Shown here one piece after another: positions 56,719 through 63,180 of a DNA stretch of 63,299 bases. The notes under the pieces are model-generated. The model made no database searches. It saw only the letters and a program-made list of their open reading frames with translations, and was not told the DNA's origin. This stretch comes from a virus (lineage: Duplodnaviria > Caudoviricetes). Each line of letters begins with the position of its first letter. Within the stretch, counting starts at the first letter, position 1. Position numbers and translations under genes: made by a program. Location: the IMG/VR virus record IMGVR_UViG_3300009678_000063, positions 1 to 63,299 of that record; one strand, written 5' to 3'.

Positions 56719-56794
56719 TGGCAGCGACCGCGGGACTTGGACCCGCTAGGACCGCCTTGAAAGGACGGCCGCTCGACCCTTTGCATTGGTCGCC
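56719..56794 (-). tRNA. tRNA-Glu(UUC), divergent T-loop
   Basis: CT-TTC-AA, T-loop TCCAAGT, CCA. Confidence 0.75.
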
Positions 56795-56795
56795 T

Positions 56796-56871
56796 TGGCT
56801 GGAACGGTAGGGCTCGAACCTACGATTACCGGGTTCAGAGCCCGGAGCCTTGCCAACTTGGCCACATTCCA
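56796..56871 (-). tRNA. tRNA-Gln(CUG)
   Basis: Cloverleaf, CCA. Confidence 0.92.
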
Positions 56872-56879
56872 ATGTGTAA

Positions 56880-56980
56880 TGGCGGGCTCGGCAACCGCAC
56901 TATCCCGGGCCCTCGCGCTAGCAGCATCCCCGGTTTCATGAGGCCGGTTTCCCCGTCGAGAAACATAGACCTCCGCTTCA
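56880..56980 (-). ncRNA. Unassigned CCA-ended structured RNA
   Basis: GCGG/CCGC terminal pairing + CCA, internal hairpins, no T-loop. Confidence 0.45.
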
Positions 56981-56984
56981 TTGA

Positions 56985-57317
56985 GCAGATAGGCTATAAG
57001 CCCCGTCCTGTGGACCTTGGTTCAAGCGCCTTGCGGCTCCCAACTGAACGACTGCCATCCACCTTGCTGTTCGATTGCTCGAACAATCCTTGCGTGCTTC
57101 TCCACCCCACCGAGCCTCGTCATAGGGCACTCGCACTTGCAACGCCTAGAGTTTACCCGTTTCACCCGAGCACTACCTCGGTTCGTCACTGTTGCACTAG
57201 TCCTACCCTCGCGGGCGCCGGCCGTTAGCCGGTAGGCTGGCTCTGGTTGCGGGGACTTTCCTCACTCACCGCGGGACAAGTCACCGAACGGATATGCGCG
57301 ACAGTCCACCTATCTAC
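56985..57317 (-). ncRNA. rnpB: RNase P RNA (reduced bacterial type A-like)
   Basis: GAGGAAAGTCCCC, AGTGCAACAG, GGGTGAAACGGGTAAAC, GGATGGCAGTC, ACAGGACGGGGCTTA; P1, P4, P5, P6 and P18 pair. Confidence 0.93.
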
Positions 57318-57323
57318 TGCTAC

Positions 57324-57343
57324 AGTATAGCACACCCTGTCAA
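57324..57343 (-). promoter_or_regulatory. Short-spacer promoter of rnpB
   Basis: TTGACA-gggtgtgc-TATACT ending 6 nt before P1. Confidence 0.7.
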
Positions 57344-57357
57344 GGACTGCAAACTGG

Positions 57358-57435
57358 TGGTCAACCTCGCGAGACTCGAACTCGCACGTGCTCCGGGTTT
57401 GAGCCGGAGGCCTCTGCCATTTGGGCTACAGGTTG
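57358..57435 (-). tRNA. tRNA-Leu(CAA), short variable loop
   Basis: CT-CAA-AC, A73, CCA. Confidence 0.82.
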
Positions 57436-57436
57436 G

Positions 57437-57512
57437 TGGTACCCGATGACGGACTCGAACCGCCGACACCTAGTATGTAACACTAGTGTTCTGGCCGCTG
57501 AACTAAACGGGC
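57437..57512 (-). tRNA. tRNA-Val(UAC)
   Basis: GT-TAC-AT, CCA. Confidence 0.88.
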
Positions 57513-57513
57513 T

Positions 57514-57589
57514 TGGTGCATCCTGCTGGACTCGAACCAGCGACCCCCACCATGTCAAGGTGGTGCGCTAACCGCTGCGCTAAGGAAGC
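57514..57589 (-). tRNA. tRNA-Val(GAC)
   Basis: Cloverleaf, CCA. Confidence 0.92.
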
Positions 57590-57590
57590 G

Positions 57591-57665
57591 TGGGGTGGAA
57601 CCAGAGAGTCGAACTCTGCTATCCGGGCTCACAACCCGGTGCCTCGCCACAAGGCTTGTAACACC
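57591..57665 (-). tRNA. tRNA-His(GUG)
   Basis: G-1/C73, CCA. Confidence 0.85.
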
Positions 57666-57667
57666 AT

Positions 57668-57743
57668 TGGCCCCAACGGTCAGACTCGAACTGACGGCCT
57701 AGTGTTTAGGAAACACTCGCGCTGTCCACTGCGCTACATCGGG
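57668..57743 (-). tRNA. tRNA-Arg(CCU)
   Basis: Cloverleaf, CCA. Confidence 0.9.
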
Positions 57744-57744
57744 A

Positions 57745-57819
57745 TGGCACCCTCGACTGGACTCGAACCAGTATCGTGCGGCTTAGAAGACCGTTGTTCA
57801 TCCGTTGAACTACGAAGGT
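57745..57819 (-). tRNA. tRNA-Arg(UCU)
   Basis: Cloverleaf, CCA. Confidence 0.9.
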
Positions 57820-57820
57820 A

Positions 57821-57877
57821 TGAATCGGCAGACGGAGTCGAACCGTCCGTGTCGCGAACACTCCCCAGTAACCGACC
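57821..57877 (-). ncRNA. 57-nt mini tRNA-like RNA
   Basis: Acceptor-like stem + perfect T-arm GACGG-TTCGACT-CCGTC, no D-stem, stunted anticodon arm. Confidence 0.6.
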
Positions 57878-57878
57878 A

Positions 57879-57952
57879 TGGAGACCACTACCGGACTCGA
57901 ACCGGTGTCCGCGGGTTTGCAAGCCGCTCCCTTGCCTCTCGGGCAAATGGTC
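57879..57952 (-). tRNA. tRNA-Cys(GCA)
   Basis: U73, CCA. Confidence 0.88.
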
Positions 57953-57953
57953 A

Positions 57954-58037
57954 TGTTGCAAGTGTGGTGGACCGCGGGTTCCACCCCCGGCCGCTCAGCG
58001 CGTGGAAAACGCAGACGGTAATGCCCACACACTCGCA
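57954..58037 (-). ncRNA. 84-nt three-way-junction RNA with complementary loops
   Basis: TGCGAGTGTG/CACACTTGCA stem; loops TTCCAC and GTGGAA. Confidence 0.55.
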
Positions 58038-58113
58038 TGGAGCGTCATACAGGATTTGAACCCGCGCGTTCTGCTTGGAAGGCAGACATGCTACCATTGA
58101 ACATCAATGACGC
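58038..58113 (-). tRNA. tRNA-Gly(UCC)
   Basis: Cloverleaf, CCA. Confidence 0.9.
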
Positions 58114-58114
58114 T

Positions 58115-58190
58115 TGGCACCGATGACAGGACTCGAACCCGCATGCTCCCTGCTTCGAAGGCAGGAGTTCATCCATTGAACTACATCGGT
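58115..58190 (-). tRNA. tRNA-Arg(UCG)
   Basis: Cloverleaf, CCA. Confidence 0.88.
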
Positions 58191-58191
58191 A

Positions 58192-58268
58192 TGGCTCGCC
58201 TCGTGAGACTCGAACTCACGGCCTCAGCCTTCGCAGGGCTGCGCTCTATCCACTGATGCTAGAGGCGA
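58192..58268 (-). tRNA. tRNA-Arg(GCG)
   Basis: CT-GCG-AA; D-stem TAGC-a-TCAG; CCA. Confidence 0.88.
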
Positions 58269-58269
58269 A

Positions 58270-58346
58270 TGGTGACGCCTACGGGGCTCGAACCCGTAAT
58301 CTCCTGACTGAGAATCAGGGGCCTTGACCGATTTGGCTAAGGCGCC
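58270..58346 (-). tRNA. tRNA-Glu(CUC)
   Basis: Cloverleaf, CCA. Confidence 0.9.
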
Positions 58347-58347
58347 A

Positions 58348-58423
58348 TGGAGCCGAAGGAGGGACTCGAACCCTCGACCTCATCCTTACCAAGGATGTGC
58401 ACTGCCGACTGTGCTACTTAGGC
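58348..58423 (-). tRNA. tRNA-Thr(GGU)
   Basis: Cloverleaf, CCA. Confidence 0.92.
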
Positions 58424-58424
58424 G

Positions 58425-58499
58425 TGGAGCCAACCCTCGGACTCGAACCGAGAACCTACTGCTTACGAAGCAGTTGCGCTGCCATTGCGCTAGGAAGGC
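58425..58499 (-). tRNA. tRNA-Thr(CGU)
   Basis: Cloverleaf, CCA. Confidence 0.9.
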
Positions 58500-58501
58500 G
58501 T

Positions 58502-58587
58502 TGGTGTTGCCAGTGAGAGTCGAACTCACTCACCCCGTAGGGGCCAGTTTTACAGACTGGCTTGGGAACCGTCCCGCTGTCGTCAAC
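58502..58587 (-). tRNA. tRNA-Tyr(GUA)
   Basis: Long variable arm, CCA. Confidence 0.85.
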
Positions 58588-58588
58588 A

Positions 58589-58664
58589 TGGTGGAGATAC
58601 AGGGAATCGAACCCTGACTTTCTGCTTGCAAGGCAGTTGTGCAGCCCACTATCACTACACCCCC
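58589..58664 (-). tRNA. tRNA-Ala(UGC)
   Basis: G3:U70, CCA. Confidence 0.9.
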
Positions 58665-58665
58665 A

Positions 58666-58741
58666 TGGTCAGACTGGAAGGACTCGAACCTTCGACTTCC
58701 CACTCCCGAAGCGGGCACGCTACCTACTGCGCTACAATCTG
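58666..58741 (-). tRNA. tRNA-Pro(CGG)
   Basis: Cloverleaf, CCA. Confidence 0.92.
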
Positions 58742-58742
58742 A

Positions 58743-58818
58743 TGGTCAGAAAGACAGGCCTCGAACCTGCGACCTCCGCACCCCCAGTGCGGGACTCTAC
58801 CAACTGAGTTACTTTCTG
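58743..58818 (-). tRNA. tRNA-Pro(GGG)
   Basis: Cloverleaf, CCA. Confidence 0.92.
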
Positions 58819-58819
58819 A

Positions 58820-58895
58820 TGGTCAGAGCAGTGAGACTCGAACTCACGACCTCCCGATCCCAAATCGGGTGGACTACCTACTGTCCTACACTCTG
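58820..58895 (-). tRNA. tRNA-Pro(UGG)
   Basis: Cloverleaf, CCA. Confidence 0.92.
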
Positions 58896-58896
58896 A

Positions 58897-58981
58897 TGGC
58901 GGATGCTAGAGGACTCGAACCCCTACGGGTGTAACCCCATCACGGCTTTCAAGGCCGATAAGTGCTCCTATACGAGCATCC
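58897..58981 (-). tRNA. tRNA-Ser(UGA)
   Basis: Long variable arm, reduced D-arm, G73, CCA. Confidence 0.82.
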
Positions 58982-58982
58982 A

Positions 58983-59067
58983 TGGCGGATAGTAAGGGAC
59001 TCGAACCCCTACACCTGTAACGGCCTCACCGCTTTCGAGGCGGAGTAGCACACCAATGCGACTATCC
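58983..59067 (-). tRNA. tRNA-Ser(CGA)
   Basis: Long variable arm, reduced D-arm, CCA. Confidence 0.82.
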
Positions 59068-59068
59068 A

Positions 59069-59153
59069 TGGCGGAAGGTACAGGACTCGAACCTGTACGA
59101 CTTTGAGGTCATCACCGCTTTCCAAGCGACTTAGTACGCCAATACGACCTTCC
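59069..59153 (-). tRNA. tRNA-Ser(GGA)
   Basis: Long variable arm, reduced D-arm, CCA. Confidence 0.82.
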
Positions 59154-59154
59154 G

Positions 59155-59239
59155 TGGCGGAAGCGACAGGACTCGAACCTGTACGGGTGTTACCCCATCA
59201 CCCCTTAGCAGGGGGCTTACTGCGCCAGTAGGCGCTTCC
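59155..59239 (-). tRNA. tRNA-Ser(GCU)
   Basis: Long variable arm, reduced D-arm, CCA. Confidence 0.82.
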
Positions 59240-59240
59240 G

Positions 59241-59418
59241 TGGAGCGGTAGGCCGTCTCTGACCACGCCTATCCGCCTAGTCCCCCGCGCGCTATAGTCA
59301 GAATCGACCGGGGACACTCCGCCACCCGAAGACGGCGGAGGGGCAGGGACTCGGCCTGAGGCACACCCCGGGCACAACGCCCTGCGCGCGTACTCGGGAA
59401 ACCAAAGGCCAATCATTA
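59241..59418 (-). ncRNA. Unassigned ~178-nt CCA-ended structured RNA
   Basis: CGCGCGC/GCGCGCG and CCGGGG/CCCCGG stems, cUUCGg hairpin, terminal hairpin + TCCA. Confidence 0.5.
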
Positions 59419-59419
59419 T

Positions 59420-59496
59420 TGGGTGCGCCAGCGGGACTCGAACCACGCTTCTCCGGGTTATGAGCCCAGTGAGGAAACCTTTCCTCCCATAGCACA
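59420..59496 (-). tRNA. Initiator-type tRNA-fMet(CAU)
   Basis: GGG-CT-CAT-AA-CCC anticodon arm, CCA. Confidence 0.82.
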
Positions 59497-59569
59497 TGGC
59501 AGGCCCGGCGAGACTCGAACTCGCGGCTAAGCGTTTTGGAGACGCCCGCAGCACCGTTGCCTCGAACCT
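59497..59569 (-). tRNA. tRNA-Trp(CCA)
   Basis: CT-CCA-AA, G73, CCA. Confidence 0.85.
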
Positions 59570-59574
59570 GTAGT

Positions 59575-59672
59575 TAGCACCGGCCCACACATCCATCCGG
59601 ACCGAGGAGCGACCCCAATCGTGATGGAAACCTACCGCCGTTCGGGTTGCGAACCCACCCTGACCGGTGCTG
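59575..59672 (-). ncRNA. Unassigned structured RNA at the head of the array
   Basis: AGCACCGG/CCGGTGCT closing stem with internal hairpins. Confidence 0.45.
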
Positions 59673-59763
59673 TAATACCGCTTACCGAATGCGGTGCTCT
59701 TCGACGGGATACATTTCATAGGCCCCAGTTGGCCAACCGGTTATCTCTCAGAGCGGAGCCGCT

Positions 59764-59783
59764 AGTGTACCACACGATGTCAA
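59764..59783 (-). promoter_or_regulatory. Short-spacer promoter of the tRNA array
   Basis: TTGACA-tcgtgtgg-TACACT. Confidence 0.65.
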
Positions 59784-59859
59784 ATCCTGCAACATCGAAA
59801 GGCAGAAAACGTAAAGTGCCCCTACTTACTAGCCAACTTGGGGACCAAATCCTCCCGTT

Positions 59860-60513
59860 TTACCTCGAACTTCGCTGATTGGCGTCAACTTGAGCACGAA
59901 CATCCGCGAAGATCGTCGGGAACCGAGACTCTAGGGTTTCGAGGACTTCCATCATGATCGAGCGCATTTCGGGCTGCGCCGACGTGTGACAGCGGAGTCT
60001 GAGGACGTGCCGCCACTCACGGAGGTTCATCTTCGCGATAATGCGGGTACGGGTGGCGTTAGGCAAGACATATCGAGCGATCTGCGACTTGACCCCTAGA
60101 CGCTTCAACTCTAGGTAGGCCGCGTGAGCCCCAACCATCGCGGATCGGTAGGCGACCAGCGCGTCCTCTCCGGCCGCGGAGACTTCCGGTGGCAGGTACG
60201 TCAGGTCGATGGGGTCCTCGTCGTCGTACTTGACGTACCGCTGGCTCTCCTGCTGGTAGGATGCAATCCGGTGTCGAACGAGTTCGTGACTCACGACCCG
60301 GCTACACTCGATCAGGAAGACGACATCCACCATCTCAAGCATAGACTCTTCGCCGGCCGCGATCCAGCGACCGATAATGGCCGAGTCACCCATCTTGGCT
60401 ATGGACTTTGGACCGTAATCCCAACGGCCCGAGTACTCGATGATGTCCTCCGGTGAGGTCAAGTCGGGCAATAGCGGGGTCGTCAGCGCTATCAGGGTAA
60501 CGCGAGGCTGCAC
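59860..60513 (-). CDS. thyX: Flavin-dependent thymidylate synthase
   Basis: SR..SHELVRHRIASYQQESQRY, ARYVLPNA, NLREW.H...LR, AQPEMR. Confidence 0.93.
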   Translation of the reverse strand: MQPRVTLIALTTPLLPDLTSPEDIIEYSGRWDYGPKSIAKMGDSAIIGRWIAAGEESMLEMVDVVFLIECSRVVSHELVRHRIASYQQESQRYVKYDDEDPIDLTYLPPEVSAAGEDALVAYRSAMVGAHAAYLELKRLGVKSQIARYVLPNATRTRIIAKMNLREWRHVLRLRCHTSAQPEMRSIMMEVLETLESRFPTIFADVRAQVDANQRSSR

Positions 60514-60660
60514 TACAGTAGCAGGAACGCGAAGACCAGAACAAACCACGCTATCGCCAGCAGGGCGACCATGGTCATCACTAGTGCCACGATAAGGAAC
60601 CACGCCGCGCGGGCGAGGAACAGCAGCGTGTTCTCTATGGCCAACCATAGGCCTGATTGA

Positions 60661-60864
60661 CTAGACAACATCACGAACTACCTCGTACATGTAGGCCATC
60701 TCGCTCTCACAGTTCTCGCACAGCGGCTTACGCAACCACTCCCGCTCGGAGTAGGCCTTCGCGAAGTAGCGGGACATCCTGTCACCGGGAGAGCGAACGG
60801 TGCAGGACGGGCACTTCGCGAAGATGACCGGGTCACTGGGCAGAAGTCGGACGGGGTTACCCAC
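60661..60864 (-). CDS. Small zinc-finger protein
   Basis: CPSC...CENC. Confidence 0.5.
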   Translation of the reverse strand: MGNPVRLLPSDPVIFAKCPSCTVRSPGDRMSRYFAKAYSEREWLRKPLCENCESEMAYMYEVVRDVV

Positions 60865-63180
60865 CTAGCACCGACTGTAGTCGCACGACACGCACTTCTC
60901 ACACCCCTCTTCGTACTTTAGCGATGCCTGATGGCAAGACGGACAGATGTCGTAGGTCGCGCGATTGACCGGCGACGAGCCCTCGATGACCGGCGACGTA
61001 CCGGCGTTGAGGGCCGTGAGGGCGACACCTATGGCATGGGGTACGGCGCGGTTGAGGTTGCCGTTACCGCCGACACCCTCCAACTGATTAGCCACACCGC
61101 CAACTGTCGCACCGTGACGGAGTGCCAATGAGGCCAGACGACCGAGGGCCTCGGTCATGGATGAGAGGTCGGAGCCCGACCTGCCGACATTGACGAACAG
61201 TTCAACTGGGCGACCCGAGGCGTCATGGTTCAGGGTGATAAAGGCGGAACCAGCGCGTGTTGCGGCCTCGACCGTCACGCCGGCCAATGACGCTGGACGA
61301 AGGAAGTTGTACTCATCCGGTTCGGGGGCGGGCTCTGGCTCACGCGAGAGCACCTGAGCGCGGCCGCTCCCGTCCCGGAAGTACGCCACACCCTTGAGGC
61401 CTGAGTCGTAGGCCAGCCTGTAGGCCTTGTCCACGTCCTCGACAGTATGCGAGTTCGGACCATTGATGGTCTTCGATACGGATGAGTCGATGTTGCGCTG
61501 CACGGCAGCCTGCATCTTGATGTGCTGCTCGACGGTGACCTCATTAGCGGTAACCGCGTAGGCGCTCCCGTACTTCGAGACGGCCGGCGAGAACACCTTA
61601 TGGGTGCCCGTACGGTCCGTCCTAATGTACTCGGTATCGAACAGCGGTTCAATGCCGGAGTTCACGCCGGCTAGGAGGCTCGTCGTGCCGGTGGGCGCCT
61701 GCGTGAGCAGGAAGATGTTCCGAAGACCATTCTTGCGAATCTGGTCATCGAGGAACGGGTCATCGAGGCCGCTGAGGAATGGTCGTCCCGCCATGTCCTC
61801 CGACCAGTCCGGAGCCGGTCCGTACCGCCTAGCGAGGTCAATGGAGGACTCCACGGCCGCGGTGCGCATGTCGGAGAACACGGTATCCACGAAGTTCACC
61901 GCCTCATCGGACCCATACTTGATACCGAGCCCCATCAGGGCATCGGCTAGGCCCATGACGCCGAGACCGACACGGCGCAGGCGCTTCTGAATCCGTTCGT
62001 TCTCAGGGATGAAGTAGTGATTCTCGTCAACGACGCGGTCAAGGAATCGAATAGCGGACCCGACATCTTCCTTGAATCGCTGCCAGTCGAACCACGGGGG
62101 CTCGTAGTCCTCAGCCGTAACGTAGGCGTCGAGGTTCATCGCCCCAAGATTGCAGACAGAGTAGGCCCCAAGGCCCTGCTCACCGCATGGGTTGACCGAG
62201 ATAATCCGCTCTACGCCTCGACCAGTTGATTGAGCATTGTAGCGGCCGAGGAATACAACTCCGGGCTCTCCACTAGCCCACGCAGCCTCGACGATTGCTC
62301 GCCATACTTCTCGTGCGGGACGGGAACCGTGAGAGACAACGAGACCTCCACCCGCCTTCCATCCTGCAAGGTCACCGTCCCACCGACTGTTGTACTGAGG
62401 GTCACTTGTTTCGGGGAACTCGAAAACCCAGTTGCCGCCCTCTCGGACAGCATCCATGAACTCATCTGAAATCGCGATAGAGACGTTGGCATTCGTGATG
62501 GCCTCGTAGTTGCGCTTGGCATCAATGAACTCTAGCAGGTCCGGGTGCCAATCGTCCAGCATGAACATGGCCGCCCCGCGGCGTGAACCCCCCTGCTCGA
62601 CCACGCCGACTGCGCGGGAAGCGACGTCCATCCACGATACCGGTCCGGAGGTCGTCCCGTTCACGCGCTTGAGGTAGGTTCCCTTCGGACGCAGCACGGA
62701 CCAGTTGATTCCCACTCCGCCGCCACGGGACATGATGTCCACCATCAGGCCGATGGTGTCAAAGATGGCCTCACGCGAGTCGGAGCCACTGTCATCGCCG
62801 GTGAGGTCGCGCACATCGGCGCGCATGGACTCAACCTCGTCGGGGGTGGCGTCATCGGGGAACGTGAGAAGCACCACGTCATTTCGCATGCCACGCTTAG
62901 AGCGACGAAGTCGCGTCTCCACCGGTATGACGTAGCAGTTGTAGTAGGTGACCTCGGCGTCCACGCCGGCGCCGGACAGGATACGTCCGCCGGGAACGAA
63001 CTTGAATCGGTCAAGGAGGTCACGGAACTCTGCCCGTTCAGCGGAACCGCGGCCGATTGCCGCGGATACGCGATCCCACATCTCTTCAACAGTGGATTCG
63101 ACGGGCTGGCCGTCGGCGCCCTTACGGGCGTAGCGGTCAAGGAACACCGTCCTCTGATGGTCAGTTAGCGGAGTCGTCAA
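60865..63180 (-). CDS. nrdJ: Class II (B12-dependent) ribonucleotide reductase
   Basis: PGGRIL, NCYV, GGGVG, GGSRRGA, NPCGEQ, CNLG, APTGT, SVSKTIN, YFRDG, TSCPD-like domain + Zn ribbon; no nrdB seen. Confidence 0.92.
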   Translation of the reverse strand: MTTPLTDHQRTVFLDRYARKGADGQPVESTVEEMWDRVSAAIGRGSAERAEFRDLLDRFKFVPGGRILSGAGVDAEVTYYNCYVIPVETRLRRSKRGMRNDVVLLTFPDDATPDEVESMRADVRDLTGDDSGSDSREAIFDTIGLMVDIMSRGGGVGINWSVLRPKGTYLKRVNGTTSGPVSWMDVASRAVGVVEQGGSRRGAAMFMLDDWHPDLLEFIDAKRNYEAITNANVSIAISDEFMDAVREGGNWVFEFPETSDPQYNSRWDGDLAGWKAGGGLVVSHGSRPAREVWRAIVEAAWASGEPGVVFLGRYNAQSTGRGVERIISVNPCGEQGLGAYSVCNLGAMNLDAYVTAEDYEPPWFDWQRFKEDVGSAIRFLDRVVDENHYFIPENERIQKRLRRVGLGVMGLADALMGLGIKYGSDEAVNFVDTVFSDMRTAAVESSIDLARRYGPAPDWSEDMAGRPFLSGLDDPFLDDQIRKNGLRNIFLLTQAPTGTTSLLAGVNSGIEPLFDTEYIRTDRTGTHKVFSPAVSKYGSAYAVTANEVTVEQHIKMQAAVQRNIDSSVSKTINGPNSHTVEDVDKAYRLAYDSGLKGVAYFRDGSGRAQVLSREPEPAPEPDEYNFLRPASLAGVTVEAATRAGSAFITLNHDASGRPVELFVNVGRSGSDLSSMTEALGRLASLALRHGATVGGVANQLEGVGGNGNLNRAVPHAIGVALTALNAGTSPVIEGSSPVNRATYDICPSCHQASLKYEEGCEKCVSCDYSRC

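Noticed and set aside
55438-59569. Suppressor or selenocysteine tRNAs, or genetic recoding
   Set aside because: No CUA, UUA or UCA anticodon found; genes end normally in all three stop codons
55348-59719. ORF-track entries across the RNA island
   Set aside because: They overlap tRNAs and rnpB and lack RBS or protein motifs
55045-59760. tmRNA in the RNA island
   Set aside because: No unit combines a G3:U70 acceptor, T-arm and tag ORF; the TCGACGGGG at ~56950 resembles a tmRNA 5' end but has no matching 3' domain
62785-62925. Intein in nrdJ
   Set aside because: Too short and lacks C/S...HN splice motifs
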